Below are positions 41,650 to 53,411 of a stretch of 64,000 nt of DNA, in pieces. Location: assembly GCA_964394925.1 (NCBI GenBank), contig CAYMZG010000004.1, positions 31,208 through 95,207 of the forward strand, given 5' to 3'. The notes beneath the pieces were generated by a model that worked only from the letters and a program-made list of their open reading frames with translations, was not told where the DNA came from and searched no databases. The position numbers and the translations under genes are program-made. Source of the stretch: an uncultured Candidatus Saccharibacteria bacterium (lineage in GTDB: Bacteria > Patescibacteriota > Saccharimonadia > Saccharimonadales > CAYLGV01). Positions within the stretch are counted from its first letter, which is position 1. Every line of letters starts with the position of its first letter.

Positions 41650-42312
41650 TTAGGTATTGAGCGAGTTGAAGGTGTCTTCGCCCATGGCTCGCTCGAGTTT
41701 TTGACGGTCAATAATATATTCTTTGCTATTGTATGTAACCACACCGGCTTTTTTGAGTTTATTCATTTCGACCGCGGTTGTTTCGCGCGCAATGCCAACC
41801 ATGTCGGCAATAACCGTATGCGTAAGGTTCATTTGCACCGAGTAAATGCCAGGTTTAATTTCGCGGCCATAGCGGAAAACGAGATAGTACAACGTAAAGC
41901 TAATCTTCTCGCCGGCACGCGACTGTTCCAGAGAAGTAATGCGCATGAGCGAGCTGGTGTAGTTCGTCATGATGTAATCGAACATTTTTTTCTGTAAGTG
42001 CGGCTTTTCTTCGAGTGTTTTAAGAAGTGTTTCCTTATCGACAGCCAACACCTTACAGTCGGTCATGGCTTCGTAGTAGTAGAGCGTACTACTGGTATGA
42101 CCAAAGATCCAGGTGGCCGGGAAGACGTCGCCAACCGTGAAAAAGGCTACAATCTGCTCGTTGCCACTTGAGTTAATGGTGTAGACCTTCATGACGCCGC
42201 TGGTAATAAAGTAGGCGCTGCGCGGCACCTCACCCTGATACAACAAGATTGTATGCTTGCGTACACTTCGAGCAATCGTGTGCGGTTTAAGCTGATCAAT
42301 TATCTCTTGCAT
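41650..42312 (-). CDS. Crp/Fnr-family transcriptional regulator (Crp-type, no Cys cluster)
   Basis: cNMP-binding beta-roll (LYQGEVPRSAYFITSGVMKVY) and C-terminal HTH (THTVIADMVGIARETTAVEMNKLKKAG). Confidence 0.85.
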   Translation of the reverse strand: MQEIIDQLKPHTIARSVRKHTILLYQGEVPRSAYFITSGVMKVYTINSSGNEQIVAFFTVGDVFPATWIFGHTSSTLYYYEAMTDCKVLAVDKETLLKTLEEKPHLQKKMFDYIMTNYTSSLMRITSLEQSRAGEKISFTLYYLVFRYGREIKPGIYSVQMNLTHTVIADMVGIARETTAVEMNKLKKAGVVTYNSKEYIIDRQKLERAMGEDTFNSLNT

Positions 42313-42480
42313 ATCTGGACCTTTTCACCCTCATTGTAACACTAGCTTATATTGCTGAGGTTACGCGTAATTTTTCTCACAAAAGTATCGTTAGGTACCT
42401 TACAGCAATAAATACGTACAACCATCATAGTAGAGGTCAGCTTAACCAAGCACCATGGCAACAATAATTGAGGAGGGGAC

Positions 42481-42672
42481 ATGGAACGAATGAGCGATAA
42501 GCAGCTTGATAAACGAATAGACAGCTTCATGAAACGCAAAGCCGAACAATTCCCAATGCTTGCAGAAGATGCAAGCGGGGGAAGAGAAAATTCGTTGTCG
42601 CTCCTATCGCGCTTGAGTGCTGGAGCACACCAGCTGCCAAGATTCCACAGACCACGACACCTGTCGGTATAG
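42481..42672 (+). CDS. Hypothetical small protein (63 aa)
   Basis: ATG after GAGGAGGGG. Confidence 0.4.
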   Translation: MERMSDKQLDKRIDSFMKRKAEQFPMLAEDASGGRENSLSLLSRLSAGAHQLPRFHRPRHLSV

Positions 42673-42714
42673 CCCCAGCTGCTCGCAATAAAAATGTAAA
42701 AAGGAGACAGCTAC

Positions 42715-42972
42715 ATGATTATCAACCTTATTATATGGGCCATCTTTGGGGGGCTGGCAGGATGGATAGCATCGCTGCTCATGCGTACTAATGATCAGCA
42801 AGGGACTGTGGCGAATATTGTGGTCGGTATCTCCGGCGCCATGATTGGTGGCTTCATAGTGCGCACATTGGGCGGTAGCGGCATTACCGGCTTTAACGCC
42901 AGCAGCCTGATTGTTGCCATATTTGGCTCAGTTGTATTGCTTGCCATTGTTCGGACCTTTGTTAGATCGTAA
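42715..42972 (+). CDS. GlsB/YeaQ/YmgE (transglycosylase-associated) stress membrane protein
   Basis: IWAIFGGLAGWIA and NIVVGISGAMIGGF repeats. Confidence 0.8.
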   Translation: MIINLIIWAIFGGLAGWIASLLMRTNDQQGTVANIVVGISGAMIGGFIVRTLGGSGITGFNASSLIVAIFGSVVLLAIVRTFVRS

Positions 42973-42995
42973 CTAAACGTAAGTCAGGAGATATT

Positions 42996-43274
42996 ATGAA
43001 TCAATCAACCGCCTCACACATGCGTGACACTAAGCTGCTTTTGCTGGGCGCAACACTTGGCGCTGGGCTGGCTGCCTTGTTCGCACCACGATCCGGTGCC
43101 GAAATACGCAATCATTTACACAGTACACTTAACCAGACAAAGGATCATGTTAAAGACTCGGCGAGCAGCCTTGCCGATGAAGCCAAAGAAAGAATTGAGG
43201 AAGCGCGCAATGATATAGCAACACCGGATCGTTTAGCAAAACGAGATTCATTAGAGGAGGGTTTAGGTGAATAA
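42996..43274 (+). CDS. YtxH-domain protein
   Basis: GATLGAGLAALFAPRSGAEIR N-terminal signature. Confidence 0.7.
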   Translation: MNQSTASHMRDTKLLLLGATLGAGLAALFAPRSGAEIRNHLHSTLNQTKDHVKDSASSLADEAKERIEEARNDIATPDRLAKRDSLEEGLGE

Positions 43275-43296
43275 AATAATAGGGTGGAGGAATAAA

Positions 43297-43443
43297 ATGA
43301 AACGTACTAACCGAGTGCTCGCAACGCCAACCGATGTCAAAGATCTCATGTTCGAGGACTACTTCGATGACACTACTAGCAATACCAAGGCTGAACGTAG
43401 TGCCGTCAAAGCCCAGCGCAAGCTGAAGCATCAGCTAAGCTGA
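43297..43443 (+). CDS. Unlisted 48-aa ORF (MKRTNRVLATPTDVKDLMFEDYFDD...)
   Basis: ATG 6 nt after GGTGGAGG. It is below the 60-aa cutoff of the ORF track and sits in the stress-protein cluster. Confidence 0.4.
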   Translation: MKRTNRVLATPTDVKDLMFEDYFDDTTSNTKAERSAVKAQRKLKHQLS

Positions 43444-43498
43444 GCCGTGTGAGCAATCAACAACAGACAAAGCCGTTTGCCTACGGTAAAATGGAGGC

Positions 43499-46339
43499 AT
43501 GGATGAGGCAACGGTTAGTGATCAGTTAAACCGCGCACAACGCCAGGCGGTAGATATCAACGACGGTCCAGCGCTGATTGTTGCCGGTGCCGGCACGGGC
43601 AAAACGCGCGTTCTGGTGGAGCGCATTGCACGCTTATTGTCTGACGGTAAAGGTCCACGCAGTCTGCTTGCCCTGACATTTACCGAAAAAGCGGCTGCCG
43701 AAATGCAAGACCGGGTAAACACTACAACCGGCCATCTTCAAACAGACGTCACTCTCATGACATTTAATGCCTTCGGCGAATCCTTACTGCGCGAGTTCGC
43801 CGCCGACGTTGGTCTAAACCGAAATTTTAAGGTGATGGGCGACAACGCGCAAATTGTCTTCCTGCGCGAACGAATCGACGCCATACAATTGGATTATTTT
43901 GCACCACTGTCTGCACCAGATAGCCAGCTCGGTAATTTATCTGATTATTTTTCGACCCTAAAACAAAATGTTATTACACCCGAAAGCTATCTGGCTTTTG
44001 CTAAGCAAATGCCCGCCAACGATGACGCCACCAAGCTTGATAAACAGAAACATCTTGAGCTGGCGCAATGCTACGAAACGTATCTTCACCTATGCCGCGA
44101 AGCCAGCGTGATTGACTATGATGACCAGATTTACGCGGTGATTGAGCTGCTCAAGCAGCGACCAAATATTTTACATACCCTCCAGCAACGCTATGAATAC
44201 CTACTCGTTGATGAGTTCCAAGACACGAACCGAATGCAGTCTGTGTTGGTAGATATGTTGGCCGCCAAGCGCCTCAACCTATTTGTAGTCGGTGACGACG
44301 ACCAGAGTATTTACGGATGGCGCGGTGCTACGCTAGCAAACATTCTCGACTTTAAAGAACGTTACCCGAAGGCTTCCGAAGTAACCCTTACCGAAAATTA
44401 TCGCTCCACGCAAGACATTCTTGATGCCGCCTACAGGCTAATAACTCACAATAATCCAAACCGTCTAGAAGAGCGCCTTAACATTAACAAACGATTAAAG
44501 GCACAGCGTGATGGTGCAGCACCAACGGTTAAACATTTTGAACGCCTCGAAGATGAGTTCCATTGGATTGCCGAAGATATCGCCAAACGGCTCGCCGCAG
44601 GTGCAGCGCCCGGAGATATTGCAATATTGTCACGCCGAAATGCGACCGTTGGGCGTTTGTCTGAGCAACTAACACATGCCGACATAGACCACGTCATTAT
44701 TGGGCAGCGCTTTGACCTATACGCCGAGCCATTGGTGCGTAGCTTGCTGGAAGGGCTACGGGCCGTAACGGAGCAGGGCAACAATGCCGTTTACCACACT
44801 CTAACAGGTCCACTTTTCGACATTCCAATAGCCGACGTTGCAGAAGCGATGGCCTTGGCAAAGTTGCACCACACCAAACTAAGCGACGAACTTCAAGAAA
44901 CTAAGGCAGCTAATCTTCAATTGGCCATGGAAAAGCTACATGCCTGGCGAAGCGTTTCGGGCACCATGAGCGTTGGGCAACTAACCTTTCATCTGCTCGA
45001 AGACAGCGGCCTAAAAGACAGACTATTTGCTGCTGTGCAGCATGACCCAACGCTGGGCACGTCATTAAACCGCCTGACAGAATTCTTTCAAACCCTCAAG
45101 GAGTTTGAGCGAGTGGCGATCCAGCCCAGTGCCGTGCAGTATCTCGATGCCTTGCCAGCCCTTATGGCGGCCGATGGCAGCAGTGAAGACGGTACCCTTG
45201 ACCTGAGCGGAGAGGTGGTTAATGTACTAAGTGTTCACAAAGCCAAGGGCTTGGAGTGGCCAATCGTATACATTACTGACTGTACCGAGGGCTCGTTCCC
45301 ATTAACCAACCGTCGCAGCGGGATTACTCTGCCCGAAGGTCTACAACCAGCGTCCAGCGAAGCCGATGAGCACATGGCCGAAGAGCGGCGCTTGATGTAT
45401 GTTGCCATGACACGAGCCAAAAATGAGCTTATTCTGACGTTTTCAGATAGCCATGGTGGCGCACGGCTTCGCAAACCATCGCGTTTCTTGCAAGAAGCCT
45501 TCGAAACCGATAAGTTTGGGCCAGTAAAAAACCAAACCAGCTTTGATCTAACAAGCCTGGGCAATTACGCAGCCAAAACGCAACCGTTGCCCATGCCATC
45601 GAGCATACTTGAGGGCGAACACGTGAGGCTTAGTGTTAGTCAAGTTACGAAATACTTGGAGTGCCCGCTCGACTTCTATTATCGCTACGTTTTACGAGTG
45701 CCGACTGAGTCGTCCCCCAGCCAAGCCTATGGCACGCTGATGCATAGTATTTTGGAGGATCTTAATCGATGCGTGATGGCGGGGGATCAGTTGCCAGAAC
45801 TGGCTGAACTACAAGCACGATTAACGCAAGAGTGGCCACAGGGAGGTTATCTTTCGGCAGCTCAACGCGAACGAGCGCAAACACAAGGCCAACGCACCCT
45901 TGAGCGCCTGTATAACACCATCAAAGTCGAGCCGCGAATGCCACTTGCCATTGAAGAACCATTTGAAGTACGTGTGCCAGATAGTAAACTCACCGTTCGA
46001 GGTCGTTTCGATGCCGTCTTTACACTTGGTGATAGTGTAGAAATTGTTGACTACAAGACGTCGAGCAGCGTAGACACGGCCGAAAAAGCCAAAAGCCGTG
46101 CCAGCTCGAGCGAGCAGCTAACGCTGTATGCACTTGCTTGGCAAGCCCAGCACGATGAACTACCGAGCTTGGTAACACTTGATTTTATTGAGACCGGCAA
46201 GCGGGGGAGCCTTAAGAAAACGCAGCGGGGCATTGACGGCGCCTATGCGCGCCTAGCTAACGTTGCCGATGGCATTCGTAAGCAAGCCTTCGGGCCTGGT
46301 AAAGAACACCGCTATTGCATTCATCCACCGCTGGATTAG
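43499..46339 (+). CDS. UvrD/PcrA-family helicase fused to C-terminal PD-(D/E)xK (RecB-type) nuclease domain
   Basis: AGAGTGKT, DEFQDTN, VGDDDQSIYGWRGA, TENYRS, VHKAKGLEW, YVAMTRAKNEL. C-terminal GRFDAV...EIVDYKTS nuclease motif. Confidence 0.85.
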   Translation: MDEATVSDQLNRAQRQAVDINDGPALIVAGAGTGKTRVLVERIARLLSDGKGPRSLLALTFTEKAAAEMQDRVNTTTGHLQTDVTLMTFNAFGESLLREFAADVGLNRNFKVMGDNAQIVFLRERIDAIQLDYFAPLSAPDSQLGNLSDYFSTLKQNVITPESYLAFAKQMPANDDATKLDKQKHLELAQCYETYLHLCREASVIDYDDQIYAVIELLKQRPNILHTLQQRYEYLLVDEFQDTNRMQSVLVDMLAAKRLNLFVVGDDDQSIYGWRGATLANILDFKERYPKASEVTLTENYRSTQDILDAAYRLITHNNPNRLEERLNINKRLKAQRDGAAPTVKHFERLEDEFHWIAEDIAKRLAAGAAPGDIAILSRRNATVGRLSEQLTHADIDHVIIGQRFDLYAEPLVRSLLEGLRAVTEQGNNAVYHTLTGPLFDIPIADVAEAMALAKLHHTKLSDELQETKAANLQLAMEKLHAWRSVSGTMSVGQLTFHLLEDSGLKDRLFAAVQHDPTLGTSLNRLTEFFQTLKEFERVAIQPSAVQYLDALPALMAADGSSEDGTLDLSGEVVNVLSVHKAKGLEWPIVYITDCTEGSFPLTNRRSGITLPEGLQPASSEADEHMAEERRLMYVAMTRAKNELILTFSDSHGGARLRKPSRFLQEAFETDKFGPVKNQTSFDLTSLGNYAAKTQPLPMPSSILEGEHVRLSVSQVTKYLECPLDFYYRYVLRVPTESSPSQAYGTLMHSILEDLNRCVMAGDQLPELAELQARLTQEWPQGGYLSAAQRERAQTQGQRTLERLYNTIKVEPRMPLAIEEPFEVRVPDSKLTVRGRFDAVFTLGDSVEIVDYKTSSSVDTAEKAKSRASSSEQLTLYALAWQAQHDELPSLVTLDFIETGKRGSLKKTQRGIDGAYARLANVADGIRKQAFGPGKEHRYCIHPPLD

Positions 46340-46406
46340 CTTGTAATCGAGCATCGGTGGCACTATTACTTAACAGCCCCATCCCCGACTCATGTGCCAA
46401 AAAACT

Positions 46407-47432
46407 CTAAGCAGCCGCTTCACCATCTTCGACAGGTAATCGCGCTTCGACTTCCAGTGATCCGTCGGTCAAATTAATGAGCGTTGCGAGTGCGTCAGCA
46501 AGTATAAATGGTGCATCATCGCCAAAGTTTTCCATAATGTACCAAACGTCTAACCCAAAGGCATTGTATTCACCATCGGTGAGCATGTTCATTTTGCCAC
46601 TATTTAGGGTTGTCCCGTGAACAAAGTTAAGGACCACTTTAAACTCATTGTGATTGCCGGTCTTCACGCGTTTTGCATCTTTATTGAACTTCTCTAGATA
46701 CTCTAGAATGTCTGGCTTGCCAGCAAAGTAACTGTTGGATATTTCAGATAGAGCCTTAGCATTCTGTTGGAGTGTCTCAGCAAAGTTATCGTGCAGCTTC
46801 TTTCCGGCGAGATCCATGACTGCACCAGTAACACCACTGATCGCATCGACTAAACCAGCATCCTCATAATAGCCAAGTTTTACTTCTTGCCCCTTAAGTG
46901 CACCACAACCAAACTCACCATCTGGCGTATGGTCATCGGTATGACCAGAAGGAAGGTATTTTTGAGATGTGTTGCTCACTAATTCATCAATGTCTGACTC
47001 GAGCTTTGCGTCAACATCTACACCTTTGCGCAGGCGACGGGCGACTGCAATGTCTGGAGTACCACCCTGGACCTGTGGGCCAACCTCATATGACTTCGGA
47101 TCCTCGTCGTCATATCCCAAAATACCTCGGCCATCAACACAACGCAGGCTTGCGCCAGGCGTTGTTGGTACGTAGCTTTTATGCAAGGCCTCGTTTGCTT
47201 GAGCCAAACCTTCAATGGTTGCCGAGCCTGTTTCCAGGCGACGTGTTATTGAAATGTTTCCCCTAAATGTAACATCAGGTAGTAAATCACTTAGTTTTCC
47301 GAGCGATACGACTTTTGCTTCTTGTGACATTACTTCAAACTCTCCTTTAAGTTGCACAAATGGATCAGTCAGCAGGTGATCACTACCTGTTTCTACGTTT
47401 AAATCAAAAAGTGGTGGGGTGTGTTCTGGCAT
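46407..47432 (-). CDS. Hypothetical protein (341 aa) with CVDGR ... GCGA signature
   Basis: Clean ORF. It has a weak resemblance to the beta-carbonic-anhydrase CxDxR/HxxC ligand pattern, unverified. Confidence 0.5.
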   Translation of the reverse strand: MPEHTPPLFDLNVETGSDHLLTDPFVQLKGEFEVMSQEAKVVSLGKLSDLLPDVTFRGNISITRRLETGSATIEGLAQANEALHKSYVPTTPGASLRCVDGRGILGYDDEDPKSYEVGPQVQGGTPDIAVARRLRKGVDVDAKLESDIDELVSNTSQKYLPSGHTDDHTPDGEFGCGALKGQEVKLGYYEDAGLVDAISGVTGAVMDLAGKKLHDNFAETLQQNAKALSEISNSYFAGKPDILEYLEKFNKDAKRVKTGNHNEFKVVLNFVHGTTLNSGKMNMLTDGEYNAFGLDVWYIMENFGDDAPFILADALATLINLTDGSLEVEARLPVEDGEAAA

Positions 47433-47612
47433 AATTCCTAATATTGCGTACTTTTTATTAACAACTTTTTAGTATTTTACCCCTGTTATTACATAAAATC
47501 AAGGGCTTATTTCATGCAAGCGCAATGAGCAAAACAGCACATATAGCGTATGATATTTATCACACTACGCTACAGCATTTGCACGCTATACTTTCTATAG
47601 AAGGAGGCAACA

Positions 47613-47963
47613 ATGGCCCTAGCTGAAGCACTCGATCATATTGACCCGATAAAACATCTGAAAGATGTTAAGCCCGACGTGCTTCATATGACCAGTGAAG
47701 CCCGACAACAAGACGGACACGCTTTTGACCATGATTTAGTTCGAGCCAATGGCTCCTTGATGTTAAGGCTCGTTACTGAGGCTCATGAGCGCTATCCGAA
47801 TGATGCAAGTGCTCGTGAAGCGTACGTCAACGGTGCTCAAGTAGGAATGAACTTTATGCGTGAAGTCTGGGCGGCTCAGAATTTAGCCGAGATTGTACCG
47901 TTTGATACTATCGTTGGGATAGATGGCCTCGAGCCTATACACCCCGACGGTTTCGGCGCTTAA
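47613..47963 (+). CDS. Hypothetical protein (116 aa)
   Basis: ATG after GAAGGAGG. The 3' end overlaps the atpC 3' end convergently. Confidence 0.5.
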   Translation: MALAEALDHIDPIKHLKDVKPDVLHMTSEARQQDGHAFDHDLVRANGSLMLRLVTEAHERYPNDASAREAYVNGAQVGMNFMREVWAAQNLAEIVPFDTIVGIDGLEPIHPDGFGA

Positions 47964-48366
47964 GGCCAGCAACCTGCAATCGAACCGCCGAACGGTCAAC
48001 TAATGACTGAGCGTGTTCAAGGCTCACTTGGTCATTGGCTTCGGCTAGCATCTTGTGGGCTTCATCGTATGCTTTTTGGGCTTCAGCTTCGTTGATCTCG
48101 TCGGCGTGGTCAGCCTCGTCTACCAATACACGCAGGGTGTCATTTTCGACTTCAATCACTCCACCACTAATGGCAAAGTGATCCATCATGTCATCGCGCG
48201 TGGTGGCTTCTTTTCGGACACTTACCATGCCCGTTGCGGCCACGCTAATGAGTGGCATGTGGCCAGGCAACACTGCAATCAGACCATCCATAGTCGGCAA
48301 AATAATCTCGTACGCTTCATCGTCGAGTTTCACGCCGCCGAGGCTGACTAATTGAAAGTGGATCAT
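47935..48366 (-). CDS. atpC: F1 ATP synthase subunit epsilon
   Basis: Position after atpD. N-terminal beta-sandwich (LPGHMPLI) plus a C-terminal helical hairpin. Confidence 0.85.
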   Translation of the reverse strand: MIHFQLVSLGGVKLDDEAYEIILPTMDGLIAVLPGHMPLISVAATGMVSVRKEATTRDDMMDHFAISGGVIEVENDTLRVLVDEADHADEINEAEAQKAYDEAHKMLAEANDQVSLEHAQSLVDRSAVRLQVAGLKRRNRRGV

Positions 48367-48369
48367 GAA

Positions 48370-50144
<1,775 letters not shown>

Positions 50145-50262
50145 TATGCTTTAACCCCTTGTGCAATAAGTACGTCTAGTGGTATGCGTTGCACTTCATC
50201 GACGTTGCCATGATCTCTATCATGCAAGAAAACAGCCGTAGGATAAAGGCTGACGGGCCGAC

Positions 50263-51132
50263 TCATTTGATTGCCTCCGCGCCGCCCGTGATTTCGGCTA
50301 GTTCTTGTGTGATAGCCGCCTGGCGGGCAGTGTTAAATTCTAGGGTCAAATCATCAATAATATCCGAGGCGTTGTCGCTGGCGTTCTTCATGGCCATCAT
50401 ACGCATAGAGTGCTCGCTGGCGAGTGACTCAAGCAGAGCTTGCCACACCTGCACCTCAAGCAAACGCTCGGTTACATTGTCGAGAACGGCCTGAATTGAT
50501 GGCTCAAAGGTAGTGTTGCTTAAGGCGTTCTCGGCCTCTTCGGTATCTTCAAACTTAGCAGGGAGCAGGCTCAACGCGTTGGCGGTTTGCACCAGGTTCG
50601 ATTTGAACTGCGTATAGAGCACTTGCACGTTGTCGACTTGTTTGTCGCTGTACATTTGTACCAAGGTGTTCAAAATTGGACGAATATCATTGGCGTCAGG
50701 GTGGTCCTGGAAATCCGTATAGGCAGCGACTAAGTCAACGCCCTCGATGCGCCGGATAAACTTAGCGCCTTGCTTGCCGATGGCAATCACTTGCACCGCA
50801 ACGCCATCTTTTTGGTCTTGCAAAATAGCCCGTGTGAGCATGCGAATAATGTTGGCATTATAGGCACCTGCTAGCGAGCCGTTGCTCGTAATAACCACAT
50901 ACATCCGTCGCTTAACGGGGCGCGATACAAATAGTGGATGATCGTTTACCTCTGTTATTGCACTGAGGCGTGTCAACAGGGAATAGGCAAATTCACGATA
51001 GGTACGGCCCGAAACAGCGCGCTCAATAGCACGGCGCATCTTGCTCGCCGCTACCAACTCCATAGCCTTGGTAATCTGCCTCGTGTTCTTAACAGAGCCA
51101 ATGCGTCGCTTAAGGGTTATCGTGTTAGCCAT
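50263..51132 (-). CDS. atpG: F1 ATP synthase subunit gamma
   Basis: ATG at 51132 after AAGGAG. MANTITLKRRIGSVKNTRQITKAMELVAASKMRRA and C-terminal ITQELAEITGGAEA. Confidence 0.95.
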   Translation of the reverse strand: MANTITLKRRIGSVKNTRQITKAMELVAASKMRRAIERAVSGRTYREFAYSLLTRLSAITEVNDHPLFVSRPVKRRMYVVITSNGSLAGAYNANIIRMLTRAILQDQKDGVAVQVIAIGKQGAKFIRRIEGVDLVAAYTDFQDHPDANDIRPILNTLVQMYSDKQVDNVQVLYTQFKSNLVQTANALSLLPAKFEDTEEAENALSNTTFEPSIQAVLDNVTERLLEVQVWQALLESLASEHSMRMMAMKNASDNASDIIDDLTLEFNTARQAAITQELAEITGGAEAIK

Positions 51133-51445
51133 TACTAGCTCCTTGATTGATAGGCTTTTCGATGCCTGCCATTTGCCCATACATGTAGCCCATCAAAAAA
51201 ATCATATTTAGTCTGTCAGGTTCATCATGAACGCCAAATTCTGCTCCAAAATTAAGTTGGGCAAAGACTTCTCCTGGGCTGCCAATGATAGGCGTTGGTT
51301 GGTCTGCGAAACGTGGTAGGGTAGCAAATTGGCCAGTAGCAGTATCAAATTCATTTCCATTCGAAACGGACATGTAAGCAGCGTTTTGATACGCACGCTG
51401 TGCCCATTCAATATTCGGAAGTGGATTTGACATTCTCTTGCCCAT
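51125..51445 (-). CDS. Unknown ~106-aa protein embedded between atpA and atpG
   Basis: Starts 4 nt after the atpA stop. Its last codons contain the atpG RBS and ATG. No motif recognised. Confidence 0.5.
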   Translation of the reverse strand: MGKRMSNPLPNIEWAQRAYQNAAYMSVSNGNEFDTATGQFATLPRFADQPTPIIGSPGEVFAQLNFGAEFGVHDEPDRLNMIFLMGYMYGQMAGIEKPINQGASNG

Positions 51446-51449
51446 AAAC

Positions 51450-53000
51450 TTACTTCTCCGCCTTAACCTCTTCAGGTTTGTAGCTGACGGCAATCTTGTT
51501 TGCGAGGTCAATGATCATCTTCTGAATCTTCTCATCTGGTTCGGCACCAGTGTCTACTTGTGCCATTTCTTTGGCGTGGTCGTGCTTAAGGTCACGTAGT
51601 AGTCCGGCCTGGGCCAACTTTACTTTCTCCAGAGGAACAGCGTCAAAACAACCATTGTTAGCCGCGAGTAGCGTAGCGTACATTTCCCAGATTGCATACG
51701 GACTGTACTGGGGTTGCTTCAAAAGTTCAGTCAAACGTTGACCACGCTCGATAGTGTGGCGGGTATCAGCGTCGAGGTCGGTCGAGAACTGGCTAAAGGC
51801 AGCAAGTTCGCGGAACTGAGCCAAGCTCAGCTTAAGACCACCACCAACCTTCTTAATTGCCTTAGTCTGAGCCGATGAGCCCACACGGGACACCGACAAA
51901 CCAACCGAAATAGCGGGGCGAATACCCTGATAGAACAAGTTGGTCTCCAGGAAAATCTGACCATCGGTAATAGAGATTACGTTGGTTGGAATGTAAGCAG
52001 AAATGTCACCAGCCTGCGTTTCGATGATTGGCAGGGCGGTCAGTGAACCGCTGCCAAGTGCTTCCGACAACTTAGCAGCACGCTCAAGCAAACGTGAGTG
52101 CAGATAGAACACATCACCAGGATAGGCTTCACGGCCTGGTGGGCGGCGCAGCAGCAGTGACATTTGGCGGTACGCTGCAGCGTGCTTCGACAGGTCATCG
52201 TAAATAATCAAAGCATGTTGCTTGTTATCACGGAAGTATTCAGCCATGGCAGCACCGGCGTATGGAGCCAAGTATTGCAGTGGGGCAGGGTCAGCAGCCG
52301 AAGTTGCCACCACAATGGTTTGATCCATCACACCTTCACGCTTCAAGCGCTCAATCAGGCGAGCTACTTTACTAAGCTTCTGGCCAACAGCAACGTACAC
52401 GTTGATAACACCGGTATTTTGGCGGTGCTGGTTGATCATGGTATCGAGGGCAATGGCAGTTTTACCGGTCTGGCGGTCACCAATCAACAGCTCACGCTGA
52501 CCACGACCAATTGGCACCATGGCGTCAATTGCCGTAATACCAGTCATGAGTGGTTCATGCACTTCGTAGCGATCAAGCACGCCAGGGGCAGGGCGTTCAA
52601 TACGGCTCATTTGGGTCGACTTAATAGCACCCTTACCATCCAGTGGACGGCCCATTGGATCAACCACGCGGCCAATCAGCTCAGGACCAACAGGAACTTC
52701 AAGCACCTTACCGGTGAGCTTGGCGGTGGCACCAGCTTTAATTTGCGTGTCGTCACCAAGAATCACAGCACCAATCTCGTCTTCACCAAGGTTAAAGGCG
52801 AAGGCGGTGATGGGCATGCCGTCTTGCGAGGTGATGTCGATCATTTCTGAGTAACCAGCTTTGGTCAGGCCATAGATCCAGGCCACACCGTCACCAACAC
52901 GGGTAACCACGCCAACATTTTCAATCTCGGGGCGTTTCTTGAGCTCGCTAATAGCGGAGCGAATATCATCGGACAGTTCTTGGATCGAAATATCGTTCAT
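51450..53000 (-). CDS. atpA: F1 ATP synthase subunit alpha
   Basis: Walker [42 protein letters not shown]. Confidence 0.97.
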   Translation of the reverse strand: MNDISIQELSDDIRSAISELKKRPEIENVGVVTRVGDGVAWIYGLTKAGYSEMIDITSQDGMPITAFAFNLGEDEIGAVILGDDTQIKAGATAKLTGKVLEVPVGPELIGRVVDPMGRPLDGKGAIKSTQMSRIERPAPGVLDRYEVHEPLMTGITAIDAMVPIGRGQRELLIGDRQTGKTAIALDTMINQHRQNTGVINVYVAVGQKLSKVARLIERLKREGVMDQTIVVATSAADPAPLQYLAPYAGAAMAEYFRDNKQHALIIYDDLSKHAAAYRQMSLLLRRPPGREAYPGDVFYLHSRLLERAAKLSEALGSGSLTALPIIETQAGDISAYIPTNVISITDGQIFLETNLFYQGIRPAISVGLSVSRVGSSAQTKAIKKVGGGLKLSLAQFRELAAFSQFSTDLDADTRHTIERGQRLTELLKQPQYSPYAIWEMYATLLAANNGCFDAVPLEKVKLAQAGLLRDLKHDHAKEMAQVDTGAEPDEKIQKMIIDLANKIAVSYKPEEVKAEK

Positions 53001-53003
53001 GTT

Positions 53004-53405
53004 TTATCCTTCTTCAGAAGTTAAGCGTTTGAAGGTAGCCAATTTAGTACCAACAGTCATATCGAGCTGTTCGTTAGCCATATCAATGCGGACGCCACCA
53101 ATTACATTTGGTTCGAGGCGAGTCGACACATGGACCGCTTTTGTATCTGGGTAGGCAGTTTGTAGTAATTGCTTGGCGTGCTCGAGCACGTCGTCACCAA
53201 TTGGGTGAGCAGTCACTACTTCTGCTTCCAAAACACCATGGTCCATGCGGTATTGCATGATATCGCGCAGAATTGATTCCAATTCTGCCGTGCGGCGCTC
53301 CGCCAACAAATAAGCAGCTATTTCTTTAGCTAACAATTTGTCGTCAGTCACATGCATCGTTTTTTCAGCGATAGCTTGTGCAAGCGTGTGCCGCGGTACC
53401 TTCAT
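53004..53405 (-). CDS. atpH: F1 ATP synthase subunit delta (short form, 133 aa)
   Basis: Operon position. C-terminal IGGVRIDMANEQLDMTVGTKL matches the OSCP/delta C-terminal motif. The N-terminal domain is shortened. Confidence 0.75.
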   Translation of the reverse strand: MKVPRHTLAQAIAEKTMHVTDDKLLAKEIAAYLLAERRTAELESILRDIMQYRMDHGVLEAEVVTAHPIGDDVLEHAKQLLQTAYPDTKAVHVSTRLEPNVIGGVRIDMANEQLDMTVGTKLATFKRLTSEEG

Positions 53406-53411
53406 AGTCTT

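Noticed and set aside
41650-42312. Fnr-type oxygen sensor next to the oxidase genes
   Set aside because: The N-terminus lacks the Cys cluster needed for an Fe-S centre. It is called generically as a Crp-family regulator.
52164-52850. 228-aa plus-strand ORF
   Set aside because: It is antisense shadow of atpA. There is no RBS, and the composition is typical of the reverse frame of a highly expressed gene.
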